Sequence record: MW845758.1
Direction: 5' to 3' (one strand)
Length of the DNA stretch: 64,000 bases
Positions 1-9,171 of this stretch are shown one piece after another (the first letter of the stretch is position 1; the number at the start of each line of letters is the position of its first letter). Made by a program: the position numbers and the translations under genes. A model generated the notes under the pieces. It did not search any database, was not told where the DNA came from, and saw nothing but the letters and a program-made list of their open reading frames with translations.

Positions 1-114
1 GCTGCGCGCGAAGGAATGTGACTGTTCTGACAGCTCGCCCACGGCCGCTGTCTGACCGGGCTCGTTGTTAATCAGCGCCCCGATTTGGATAAAGCCTTGT
101 ATATCTAAACTCAT
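1..114 (-). CDS. 5' part of a conserved virion-type protein, running off the left edge (MSLDIQGFIQIGALINNEPGQTAAVGELSEQSHSFARS...)
   Basis: Hand translation, open from ATG at 114 to base 1; divergent from the ORF at 139; N-terminus resembles phiKZ-like structural proteins (recollection, not a search). Confidence 0.6.
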   Translation of the reverse strand, partial: MSLDIQGFIQIGALINNEPGQTAAVGELSEQSHSFARS

Positions 115-138
115 TATAAAAATACCTCGAGGTGAGCA

Positions 139-633
139 ATGATCGCATCACTGATTAAAATTCTTCCGATCCTAAAATTGTTGATGGAAGTCTTTAAACC
201 GGGTGACGGTGAAAATGTTACCCGCACAGCAAAAATTACTTCACTTGCAATAACCTTGTTACTCGTTTACGGCGGTTTCGTCTCTTACCTGTACTTCCAG
301 CAATTTCATTTACTGGTGCAGGTGCGTGAACATGATCGCTATATGGAAACCGGCTACACCGAGAAGAAAGGACAGGTGGACAAGCAAGCGGACGACATAC
401 GCGACCTGTATAAGCAGCTGTTTGTGTGTCTGGGCAAGGAGCCATATGATAGTTCGAAAAGTCCAGCAGTCTCGGCGGCTCTGATGCCGCCCCCACCTGT
501 TGTTGCGCCCGAAGTGCCGGTTCATGCGAATCCGGCTCCCGTAAAGAAGCGTGACGCGGCCAAACGGCCAGTGGGGGTGTTAGAGACCAACGATTTCCGT
601 CAGTCTATTATTGACCATTTAAATGGGGAATGA
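139..633 (+). CDS. Membrane protein, candidate i-spanin
   Basis: RBS GAGGTG; single TM segment (ITSLAITLLLVYGGFVSYLYF), heptad-like helix, Pro-rich tail; stop overlaps start of the lipoprotein gene. Confidence 0.6.
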   Translation: MIASLIKILPILKLLMEVFKPGDGENVTRTAKITSLAITLLLVYGGFVSYLYFQQFHLLVQVREHDRYMETGYTEKKGQVDKQADDIRDLYKQLFVCLGKEPYDSSKSPAVSAALMPPPPVVAPEVPVHANPAPVKKRDAAKRPVGVLETNDFRQSIIDHLNGE

Positions 634-1109
634 CCATGAAGCCTTATTGTCTCGCCCTCGCTCTGTTCTTCCTGACAGGGTGCGGTCTCGATGGCACTAA
701 GGGTACTATGCCGGCTCCGCAGCGCGGGTGGCCGGCTAGGCAAATGGACAGTCCGCCTTTCGCTGCGAAGTATCCTTTGGGGAACGACGATCAGAAAGCG
801 TTTGAGACATATGTTATCGATGTGAATGTATACGCGTATTACGTCTATACCTACGCTCGTAGTCTTAACGAGTATGTCAAAGCGCGAGGCTGGCATCCGC
901 CGAAAGTAGCACCTTTGTGCGAAGAGTTCGAAACACCTGATTTGCATCCCATCCCTGAACGCATCACGCTCGATCGTAACTCCCGAACCCCGGAACAAAT
1001 CAGCCAAGACTTGGCCAACCAGTTCCGTCAGATTCTGGACAACTACCGAACCGACCGTAAAGCGTTCCGGCACAACTTCGCAGAACATGAGAAGACGTGT
1101 CTGAACTGA
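630..1109 (+). CDS. Lipoprotein, candidate o-spanin
   Basis: Signal peptide II with lipobox LTG-C, no Asp at +2, Pro-rich mature part; ATGA overlap with upstream TM gene. Confidence 0.65.
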   Translation: MTMKPYCLALALFFLTGCGLDGTKGTMPAPQRGWPARQMDSPPFAAKYPLGNDDQKAFETYVIDVNVYAYYVYTYARSLNEYVKARGWHPPKVAPLCEEFETPDLHPIPERITLDRNSRTPEQISQDLANQFRQILDNYRTDRKAFRHNFAEHEKTCLN

Positions 1110-1113
1110 GTGT

Positions 1114-1154
1114 ACCCCTTACTGCCTTCGGGTGGTAAGGGGTCTCTTTTATTT
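1114..1154 (+). terminator. Intrinsic terminator
   Basis: CCCCTTACTGCC-TTCG-GGTGGTAAGGGG stem followed by a T tract. Confidence 0.8.
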
Positions 1155-1200
1155 TACATCATCAACATTTCTAATGTATATCAACAGGAGCGCGTTAATA

Positions 1201-1902
1201 ATGAGAAACGTCAAGATTCCCTCTATCGTAGTTGGAGTGGATGCCGAAACTAAATCCTTACGCCCGGATGCGTACATTCTCTCAATCGGTCAGGCAGCTT
1301 TTGATGTTGCCACGCTGCGTCTGATTGGGGCCGCTTACACCGCAATCGATCCTAACGACCCGGAGGCTTCCAAAGTCTTCCACACTGACCCGTCAACTAT
1401 CGGGTGGTGGGAAGGTAAAGACCGTCCCGAGTATGCCCCGTCTGAAGCTGCCCGTCTGGAAGCGTTCTCTGGTACCACGAACATTCGTGATGCACTGTGG
1501 AATGCCAAGAAGTTCTTGGACAGCCTCGGCGACAAAGATATCGTGCTGACCATGCGTGGCCCAGACTTTGATGCGCCTATCCTGATGAATGCGTTTGCAC
1601 AGTGCGACGTACCGCCGGGTAAATTCCGTAAGTTCTCCATGCTCGATTCAGACCGTACTGCTGAGCGTTTTGCTGCAGCGTTTGGTTTGGACCCGGATAT
1701 GGATGCGGAAGCGCACAACTGGACACGCGGTAAAGACTATATTGAACACCATGCCGGGTTCGATGCCGCCAAAGAAGGGTATATGACTGCGCGTCTGTAC
1801 CACTTGGCGCTTATCGCCCGTACTCACGGTTTCCCACGCATGCTCGAGGCACATGAGCAACTGCGTACCGGCGAGTACATCCCGACCATGTTCTTGGAGT
1901 AA
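1201..1902 (+). CDS. DEDDh-family 3'-5' exonuclease (RNase T / Rv2179c-like)
   Basis: VGVDAET (ExoI), RGPDFDAPIL (ExoII), HHAGFDA (ExoIII); start moved to ATG 1201 after RBS CAGGAG. Confidence 0.8.
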   Translation: MRNVKIPSIVVGVDAETKSLRPDAYILSIGQAAFDVATLRLIGAAYTAIDPNDPEASKVFHTDPSTIGWWEGKDRPEYAPSEAARLEAFSGTTNIRDALWNAKKFLDSLGDKDIVLTMRGPDFDAPILMNAFAQCDVPPGKFRKFSMLDSDRTAERFAAAFGLDPDMDAEAHNWTRGKDYIEHHAGFDAAKEGYMTARLYHLALIARTHGFPRMLEAHEQLRTGEYIPTMFLE

Positions 1903-1912
1903 GTGAGGATTA

Positions 1913-3430
1913 ATGAAAGAGTACGACGTCGCCGTGTTATACACGGACGGAAGTCATACCACCGCCCCAATGGGTTCTGGGGCGGGGATTCATGGCTATC
2001 TGTACAATAAAGCCGATTTCAAATCGGAACGTGGTTATTTCGCGGACGGAATTCCCGAAGCGGTGACGCCGGAAGAGTATCAGATTATCCCTCAGACTGA
2101 AAAGCTGCCGAAGTTACCGGACGGTGTGGTCGAGTGGGTGAACTGTACGATTCCGGTTCCCAAGGACAAGTTCTCGGACGTCGGGGAATTGGTAGCCTTT
2201 ATCTGTGCGTTTGATAATGCACCGTTCAAAGCGAAGAAGTACGTGATTCACGTGGATGCGACTTACGTGCTGAACACCTTCACCAAATGGATTGACGGCT
2301 GGGCGTCTAAAGGTTGGATACGTGCCGACGGTACCCCTATCGCTAACAAGAAATTGATTGAGCGGATTTTCGAAATCAAAACCGATTGCAAGAAGAACGG
2401 CATTACGGTGAAGGTGGTGAAAATCAAAGGGCACTCCGATCGCTACGGTAACGACCAAGCGGACAAACAAGCCCGTCAGGGTTCCACGATGTCCGCAACG
2501 TTTGAGAACGTCGAGCACCGTCCGTTCTGGAGCAGTGAAGAGTCTCTGCCAACAATTGAGCTGGCGGGTGGCAGTGGTGTGCAGATTGGGGCAGCAAACT
2601 TGCCGGCCATCAATACGCAGAAGTACCACTATCTGCAAGTGAACGAACCACACCCGATGTGTACCGTCAAAGACCAGCAATGGTATTACCTGTTCTCGGG
2701 CAACCACTCGAAGGACAAGGACGATATCGTTCTGCTCGGTAAAATGGTACCGGATACCATGTTCTCCATTACCATGGCAAAAGAGCCGTGGGAGAACCTG
2801 TATGCCATCGTCAACACACACGCGAAGTCTGCGTGGGAAGACACTCCGGTATTGAAACGCTTTGACCCGATAGCGATTGTGAACGGGGATTTCTTACGGC
2901 GTAAGAAGTTCGTGGAAGCATCGAAAGAAGGTCTGCCGGTTGCTCAGATGACATTTGAAGCAAACGGGAATGTGTGGATGTATCAGGACTTGGCCATCAG
3001 TCGTATCCTGCGTCCGGCACTGCTCTCTTATCGCGCCATTGAGTTTCGTGATGAACTCACACAGATGTTAAAGTCCGCTCTGTTGAAAGAGCCGCACATC
3101 GTGATGAATGATATCACTGACTTACTGTTCGATGAGAAAGGCAAGCCGAACAAAGAGTTCTATCGCAGTGTTGACCGTTCGTTTGAGATTAAGGCGAAGA
3201 TTCCCGGCACTGAGCAGACTATCCCGATTATTTTAAGTCGTGGGATAGACTTGCCACAGCGTACGGATTTGAACCGTATCAAAGAACCAACGGGACGTTT
3301 CTACGTGTGTTGCTGGCGACCACAGGAACGTTACGTGCGTTATGCGGTAGTGTATATCGGGGAAGAGTACAACGGGTTATGGATTGCCTATTACGCTGCA
3401 AACCGCATCCTTCCTAACGAGATTAAGTGA
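1913..3430 (+). CDS. rnhA: Ribonuclease HI with long C-terminal extension
   Basis: LYTDGS, ELVA, HVDATYV, KIKGHSDRYGNDQADKQA catalytic motifs. Confidence 0.9.
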   Translation: MKEYDVAVLYTDGSHTTAPMGSGAGIHGYLYNKADFKSERGYFADGIPEAVTPEEYQIIPQTEKLPKLPDGVVEWVNCTIPVPKDKFSDVGELVAFICAFDNAPFKAKKYVIHVDATYVLNTFTKWIDGWASKGWIRADGTPIANKKLIERIFEIKTDCKKNGITVKVVKIKGHSDRYGNDQADKQARQGSTMSATFENVEHRPFWSSEESLPTIELAGGSGVQIGAANLPAINTQKYHYLQVNEPHPMCTVKDQQWYYLFSGNHSKDKDDIVLLGKMVPDTMFSITMAKEPWENLYAIVNTHAKSAWEDTPVLKRFDPIAIVNGDFLRRKKFVEASKEGLPVAQMTFEANGNVWMYQDLAISRILRPALLSYRAIEFRDELTQMLKSALLKEPHIVMNDITDLLFDEKGKPNKEFYRSVDRSFEIKAKIPGTEQTIPIILSRGIDLPQRTDLNRIKEPTGRFYVCCWRPQERYVRYAVVYIGEEYNGLWIAYYAANRILPNEIK

Positions 3431-3437
3431 GGCGCTT

Positions 3438-4184
3438 ATGCTTCGTGTTTTTAGTCATGTATTGACATTGCACAGCGAAAAACTGGTTTCCGCGTTAGGC
3501 GAGTATTACCGACTCGTGTTTACGCAGTACGCACACACCATGAAATACACGCCGGCTGAAAAGGAGGCCGTTGACGCGGTCTGTGAAGAGGCCGGGCGTT
3601 GGATGGTGGCGAACATCCTGTTGGAGGGTATCGCCTTAGCTAACGCTCGCACACACCTCTCACCGAGCCTTCGAAGCTTTGACGTTTACGGTGATAAGCT
3701 GGCAGAGCAGTTTGACAGTCCGGTATTGCGTAACAAACTGAGCACCAATACCACCGTTGGGGATTTCTTTGCCTACGTCTGTGCGACCACACCCCTTTCT
3801 GCTTTACTGGAAGGGGCCATGAAATGGTTTGTCGAACAGTTCATGGATGAGGTGTACAACCTGCTTGGCAAAGACTCGTTTGCGATAGACAACTACACGG
3901 GGATTTACATGACCCGTGAGCTACTCATTAAGCAGCTAAAGCAAAGGAAAATCATCCTGCCCTTTATCGAGCCAATGGAGTGGTTGTTTGTGGCGAACGT
4001 CGATCCTGCCGATAGGGATTCTTTACCATCCATTGCAGCGGATATGGAGTACGCGTTTGTTGTACAGGGTGAAGCGTTCATCATTCCTGAAACGTTCCCA
4101 ACCATGGTACTCCCGGACGAAACCGAAGAGATAGAACTCTACGTGTTAAAGCCCGAGGTTATTAAAGAACTGAAAAGGCTGTGA
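3438..4184 (+). CDS. Hypothetical protein
   Basis: Long ORF, RBS GAGG before ATG 3438. Confidence 0.8.
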   Translation: MLRVFSHVLTLHSEKLVSALGEYYRLVFTQYAHTMKYTPAEKEAVDAVCEEAGRWMVANILLEGIALANARTHLSPSLRSFDVYGDKLAEQFDSPVLRNKLSTNTTVGDFFAYVCATTPLSALLEGAMKWFVEQFMDEVYNLLGKDSFAIDNYTGIYMTRELLIKQLKQRKIILPFIEPMEWLFVANVDPADRDSLPSIAADMEYAFVVQGEAFIIPETFPTMVLPDETEEIELYVLKPEVIKELKRL

Positions 4185-4203
4185 GATAGATATTATCTCC
4201 GTG
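4185..4203 (+). promoter_or_regulatory. Phage promoter-like motif, copy 1 (GATAGATATTATC-TCC-GTG)
   Basis: Same motif found five times, always intergenic and upstream of + strand genes. Confidence 0.7.
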
Positions 4204-4224
4204 GTAAATCGTTAGGAGTCACTT

Positions 4225-4944
4225 ATGTTACGCGTGGTCTTACCCGAACTGTATCAGCTTACCACGCCTGCGGCGGAGAAGCTGTTTAACATTGTTTGGG
4301 ATCGTTATTGCCCGGGGAAGATTGCAGACCGTCCTGAATTGTGGGTACGTCGAGATGAGTTCTATCTCGGCGCTTACCCGCTGTTCGTTAAAACGTTTGC
4401 AGTGGCTATCACCGGAATGCTCGATGCTGTAAACCTTGGTCGGGATTTTGATATTCACGAGTTGGAGTTTAACTACGAGGATATCTACAACGACTACCAG
4501 CACGAAGACCTAAACGATGAGATGGAAGGCGAAGTGTTGCTTTTCATGAACTTCGTTGAAGGCGTGTTGGGGGCAGGGGATGCGTTCTTGGATGAGTTGG
4601 CTGATAAACTCGGCACACCTTTTCAAACGTTGTTGGGTTTGCGTAAGCAACACAACATCCTCGGTTTCTGGTTGGATGTCTACGCCACAGACATGCGCAT
4701 TTGGGAAGACAACCCCACGGTCTTTGCTATCCAAGAAGGGGACTTTGAACCACAGTGGCATGACAAATGGTACTCAGGTCCGGACAGCAAGTTTTACGAG
4801 TTAGCGAAAGAAGACGGGATGGAGTTCTATTACTGGGCAGGCAACATCGTGGCAGAATCACCACGTGCGACTATCCCAGAAGGCGAGCCTGTTACCCTGT
4901 GTCATTTAACCCATGAAGCGGTTGCGTTCATGGAACCCATGTAG
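4225..4944 (+). CDS. Hypothetical acidic protein
   Basis: ORF with RBS AGGAG. Confidence 0.85.
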   Translation: MLRVVLPELYQLTTPAAEKLFNIVWDRYCPGKIADRPELWVRRDEFYLGAYPLFVKTFAVAITGMLDAVNLGRDFDIHELEFNYEDIYNDYQHEDLNDEMEGEVLLFMNFVEGVLGAGDAFLDELADKLGTPFQTLLGLRKQHNILGFWLDVYATDMRIWEDNPTVFAIQEGDFEPQWHDKWYSGPDSKFYELAKEDGMEFYYWAGNIVAESPRATIPEGEPVTLCHLTHEAVAFMEPM

Positions 4945-4969
4945 TTTATAAATCGTAAGGAGTATTACC

Positions 4970-5326
4970 ATGAAATTGAATGAACTGATTGCACAGGCAC
5001 AGAAGGCAACTAAAGCAACTGATGGCATGCTACTGATTACGGTTGAACCAACCGTTAATCGTTTTGCGTTGGGTTTTACTGAAACCTGCCCTCAGTTAGC
5101 CGGCACCGAAATCGACGCGGCAAGAAAGTTGCGTGTGGGTGCACAACAAAATCGTGCGTGGGTGGTAGCGTACACCGTTACCCATAACCCGCATTGCATG
5201 CTCGCAAACGAAGTTGACATTGCGCTTCACCTGTGGCAGGACGGCGATAACGTGATTGCGCGTATCGCTAAGTTCCGTGGTCTCGGTAGTAAGCCCGAGG
5301 GTGACTTCGTTCTCGATCAGGAGTAA
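4970..5326 (+). CDS. Hypothetical protein
   Basis: ORF with RBS AAGGAG. Confidence 0.85.
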   Translation: MKLNELIAQAQKATKATDGMLLITVEPTVNRFALGFTETCPQLAGTEIDAARKLRVGAQQNRAWVVAYTVTHNPHCMLANEVDIALHLWQDGDNVIARIAKFRGLGSKPEGDFVLDQE

Positions 5327-5329
5327 CGC

Positions 5330-5770
5330 ATGCTGACAGTGCAAAGCGAAACACTGATGCAAGTCGACCAACTCTTCCGCCACAAATACACTGAACTCAT
5401 CGCTGACGAACGCCTTAACTGGACGTGCGCAGCGGTGAAGTATTTTTTAATGCGGGTCGTCATGGGAGACCGTGACATTCGGGGCGAGAAGCTGGTTGAG
5501 GTTCTTCAAGAGGTGAAGACACACTGGGTGGCCGCGGGTCTCCCGGAGGTGTTGTGGTGGCGAGTGAATCATTTCTTTGTGTGGTTGGAAAGCTTCTCTC
5601 AACACCCGGTTCATCTGCTTGACAGGGAACTCCATCGCATGCTCGAACAAAACTACGTTGAAATTCAATACACCGTACAAAACCTGATATTCAATCAGTA
5701 TCGGGTGATTCGGGCGTTTGACTTGTTACTCACCCATGCATTATTGGAGCCACTCGATGCAGCAAGTTAA
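5330..5770 (+). CDS. Hypothetical protein
   Basis: ORF with RBS AGGAG, tightly packed. Confidence 0.8.
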   Translation: MLTVQSETLMQVDQLFRHKYTELIADERLNWTCAAVKYFLMRVVMGDRDIRGEKLVEVLQEVKTHWVAAGLPEVLWWRVNHFFVWLESFSQHPVHLLDRELHRMLEQNYVEIQYTVQNLIFNQYRVIRAFDLLLTHALLEPLDAAS

Positions 5771-6392
5771 AATGCACATCCTCATGGCGTTAGAGGATTA
5801 CTTCAAACGTATGTCGTTCCACGAGGAGGCCGTGAAGACGGCCTACCTTATTGCAGCGAGAGAAATCTCAAAGCAGGACTACATCGCGGACTGGGCACCC
5901 CTCTCTGGCATGTGGCAGGCGTTACGATTTATCGTGCATGAAGGTGGGCTTGAGCTTGCCCTCGCGGATGAGTATATCGAACCGCGGATAATGAAAAAAG
6001 TACGCCAACTTCTCTTAGCTTTGATGGGGGACTTTGATAACTTTCCACGCCACTCCATGGACGTTAACCGAAGCTACCTCGGCAGTATCAGTGAAGTAAA
6101 GGCATCACTCGACATGCCGTTGGTGTTTGCTCGGGACGAAGACCTGTTAAATTACTCCCTGTGGTTTGCAGGTGAAATGGAAAGTCCGTGTTACGTCCAG
6201 CATCGCATGATAATTGAGACGCAGCAGGAGTGGTGTAATTTGGTGACCAAATACCCACACGGTCCGTACATGTGGCGGGCTGATTGGGACGCATTTGTGC
6301 CGGATATCAACAACATGCGACACAAGCACGTCATGATTCTCGACGTGGAATCAGAACGTGAGCGTTTCGAGATAATCTCTAAGGGGAAATAA
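5757..6392 (+). CDS. Hypothetical protein
   Basis: ORF overlapping upstream stop; RBS GGAG before ATG 5757 (start uncertain). Confidence 0.75.
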   Translation: MQQVKMHILMALEDYFKRMSFHEEAVKTAYLIAAREISKQDYIADWAPLSGMWQALRFIVHEGGLELALADEYIEPRIMKKVRQLLLALMGDFDNFPRHSMDVNRSYLGSISEVKASLDMPLVFARDEDLLNYSLWFAGEMESPCYVQHRMIIETQQEWCNLVTKYPHGPYMWRADWDAFVPDINNMRHKHVMILDVESERERFEIISKGK

Positions 6393-6994
6393 TGCAAGTC
6401 ATTTTGAACATGGCGCTCGGTGAACAAGCGCCGAAAATTGCGGAGCTGATGGTGAACCTCCGTAAAGATTTGTCGTTTGAGCTGCACGACATCATTACCA
6501 AGTACGAACGGGGTCTGAAGAAGGACACCAGTAAGACGCACTTCGTGGTCGAGGCAGATGCTATCGTCGATGAGCTTACCGAGATGGTTGTTGGCCAAGC
6601 AAAAGACGTCATGCAGAAAACCTTTGCGATTCCAGCGAACGGCTTTGACACGGTGGACGAGTTAGCGCTGCGGGTTGAAGAAGCATTCAGCAAGGGCGTG
6701 ACGGAAATCGAGTCATACATCCACCTCAGCACCCGCTCGACGTTTGTGGCCTGTGGTGAGACCAATGAGAAGTCCATGCTCTTCCAGATGGAATCACTCA
6801 ACGATTTGTTCGGGGCACAAGACACGATGCGGGTAGAAAGTATCGTGGGTAAGGCCAAAGAGCAGGTCGGTGTTCTCGCTCGCATGGAAATGGAATCGCT
6901 GTTAAACCGACTCCAATCGTATAAGCTTTCTGCTGAACAGGTAGATGGCATTCACGAGATGGGTCGCGGCGAAATGACGGTAAGTCGTTTCTAA
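6392..6994 (+). CDS. Hypothetical acidic helical protein (MQVILNM)
   Basis: TAATG coupling to the upstream gene. Confidence 0.85.
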   Translation: MQVILNMALGEQAPKIAELMVNLRKDLSFELHDIITKYERGLKKDTSKTHFVVEADAIVDELTEMVVGQAKDVMQKTFAIPANGFDTVDELALRVEEAFSKGVTEIESYIHLSTRSTFVACGETNEKSMLFQMESLNDLFGAQDTMRVESIVGKAKEQVGVLARMEMESLLNRLQSYKLSAEQVDGIHEMGRGEMTVSRF

Positions 6995-7003
6995 GGAACG
7001 TGT

Positions 7004-7498
7004 ATGCGTGTCATTATCGATCTTGTTGATAACGATAGTCAGGAGTTTGTAAAAGAACTCTCGGACTCGTGGGAGTGTACCGTCGCCCAAGCGATAGAGG
7101 ATGAACTGTATAATAGGGGCATTTCCCTCCCGACGGGTGTGAGTTTTAGCGAAGAAGCCATGATGATGTTAGCCCCGTACTACCGGGCATTAACGAAACT
7201 GGTCAACAAGGTTGTTTCGATTGACGTGGGGTACAGTAACGTCATCTCTATTCAGGCAACGGATATCACTGACCGAGTAAATGAGTTGTTAGCGGAATGT
7301 GATGTCGACGGTGAGTTCCCCTCGCCGTTTCGCATGACAATCGATGAAGCGGAGTTCAATTCCCGCGAGTTCTTTGAAATCGGCCGCTGTCGAAAGTTGA
7401 CCCGTTATTTGGAACAACTGCTGCATTCCTTTATATCGGACTGTTATCGCAAAACAGCCGAGCGTAGTGAACAACTGATAATCAATTTTAACCGTTAA
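7004..7498 (+). CDS. Hypothetical acidic protein (MRVIIDL)
   Basis: ORF with RBS AAGGA. Confidence 0.85.
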   Translation: MRVIIDLVDNDSQEFVKELSDSWECTVAQAIEDELYNRGISLPTGVSFSEEAMMMLAPYYRALTKLVNKVVSIDVGYSNVISIQATDITDRVNELLAECDVDGEFPSPFRMTIDEAEFNSREFFEIGRCRKLTRYLEQLLHSFISDCYRKTAERSEQLIINFNR

Positions 7499-7507
7499 GG
7501 ATAAATC

Positions 7508-8146
7508 ATGAAACTGTATCTGAATTTAACTACTGATGAAAACCGTAAAGTCTGGCCTGCGTTAATGATGTCGATGTACGACGAAGTTGAACACATCATT
7601 GCGCACCACTACGCGTCTCAGCCGGACAAAGGCCCATTGATTCGTCAGGCAGCAGTTCAGGCGCTGATGCCGATTATGGATGGCATGACCCGCCTGCAAG
7701 ACACCCTGCTGGAGTTCCACTTTGATGGGAGTGATAACAATGCGGGTGTTATCGACACCACCATCGACCTCTTCACAGCCGATGCCAACGCTGCCAAAAT
7801 TCGCGAAGTGTGGGTCAAAGAGATGCGTGAACGCGGGCCTGTCCATTTCGAAGACTCCGTCGGTGATCAGCATGTGCTTAACCTGAAAGATGAAGAAGTG
7901 GAAAACTTCATCGAGATGGCTGACCAGCGCGTGAAAGAAATCTCAGCGGAACTCTGGGAAAGCGTCACCGAACAAATCAAAACCATCACGCTGCGTTTTA
8001 CAGGCGATGTCACCCAGCAACGTTTCACGACTGCCGAGCGCAAGGTCGGTCTGCATCTGGATGCATCCAATGTGGATGTGACTTTATCAGGTCCTACGGC
8101 TGATGCGGTGGAAGAGCTGAAAGAGAAGCTCAACAAGGACAAGTAA
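7508..8146 (+). CDS. Hypothetical acidic protein (MKLYLNL)
   Basis: ORF with RBS AAGGA. Confidence 0.85.
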   Translation: MKLYLNLTTDENRKVWPALMMSMYDEVEHIIAHHYASQPDKGPLIRQAAVQALMPIMDGMTRLQDTLLEFHFDGSDNNAGVIDTTIDLFTADANAAKIREVWVKEMRERGPVHFEDSVGDQHVLNLKDEEVENFIEMADQRVKEISAELWESVTEQIKTITLRFTGDVTQQRFTTAERKVGLHLDASNVDVTLSGPTADAVEELKEKLNKDK

Positions 8147-8620
8147 ATGCGCATCTATATCTCGTTCGATACGGAAGAGGTCTTAGCGACCAACGGTTTG
8201 CTTCGTCGGGATATCGTGGTCTTCGGACGTCAGTTCTTAATAGACGCGATGAATGAAGACCCCGAAAAGTATAAGGCGTTCGATAACTTTGAATTCCTTA
8301 ACAAACTGAGTGCGGCGATGGCTTCTGGCTGGGTAGCGTTCCTTGAGACGATACAACACAAGTTGTGGATGCTCGACGAACAGGCTCTCGACCACGGGGA
8401 CAGTTTAAAGTGGTGTGAAGATGAATTCGCAGACACCTTTAGAAAGTCCAAGCAAACGTTTCTGGCGAACGTGGAGGCGTTGGAGTGTCCGGTTTACGAT
8501 GCGACGGTGTTAGGGTTACTGGTTGACCGTGTCGATGCTGGGTATCAAGACATGCAAACGACGTTGGTAAACGAGCTCGAGCGTGTCTTTGAACGGGCAT
8601 GGATAATGTTTCGTCTATAG
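8147..8620 (+). CDS. Hypothetical acidic protein (MRIYISF)
   Basis: Starts immediately after the upstream stop. Confidence 0.85.
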   Translation: MRIYISFDTEEVLATNGLLRRDIVVFGRQFLIDAMNEDPEKYKAFDNFEFLNKLSAAMASGWVAFLETIQHKLWMLDEQALDHGDSLKWCEDEFADTFRKSKQTFLANVEALECPVYDATVLGLLVDRVDAGYQDMQTTLVNELERVFERAWIMFRL

Positions 8621-8629
8621 GGAGTTCTG

Positions 8630-9121
8630 ATGCGGGTCTACATTGACTTTAACACTGAAAACGTTTACGACGCGTTTGATTTAGGATACGAAGGGGTGCT
8701 GGAGCGTACACTGGCCCACCATCGGTTACTGATTGCCAATCATGAAAACCCGACGGTGCGTGAGAACGAAGAGTATTATCGTTCGGTGGTGTACCAAAAT
8801 CATCTCAGTTCGATTCTGTACAAAGCGTTTAAACGGTTCCATGACGCGATTGTTTCGCAGTTGGTGTGTTTCAACACCAAACTACCTGTTGACCCTGAAG
8901 AAGACCCGGTAGAAAAACTGCTTAATCTAAGCGCTATGGATGTGCTTCGTGAACTCTTACCCCTTGATACGAAACTTGATATTGAACATATGTTGTTTGA
9001 TGAAGAGTCTCAAGAACTGCTTTTCAATGAGCTCGAAGAGTTTCGTGATGAGCTTATCCGTGTAGTGCGTCGCGAAATTGCAGACGCATTGACGGTTGCT
9101 ATCATGTGGGCAAAGAAATAA
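8630..9121 (+). CDS. Hypothetical acidic protein (MRVYIDF)
   Basis: ORF with RBS GGGAG. Confidence 0.85.
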   Translation: MRVYIDFNTENVYDAFDLGYEGVLERTLAHHRLLIANHENPTVRENEEYYRSVVYQNHLSSILYKAFKRFHDAIVSQLVCFNTKLPVDPEEDPVEKLLNLSAMDVLRELLPLDTKLDIEHMLFDEESQELLFNELEEFRDELIRVVRREIADALTVAIMWAKK

Positions 9122-9171
9122 AAAGTAACCCACCTCTTCGGAGGTGGGTACTTCATTTACTTTTATTTTTT
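9121..9171. terminator. Bidirectional terminator, repeat copy 1
   Basis: AAGTAACCCACCTC-TTCG-GAGGTGGGTACTT with A tract before and T tract after, between convergent genes. Confidence 0.85.

Noticed and set aside
2114-2821. 235-aa antisense ORF, and the many other 60-200-aa antisense or alternate-frame ORFs in the track
   Set aside because: They lie wholly inside well-supported genes, lack RBS or motifs, and are expected shadows of codon bias
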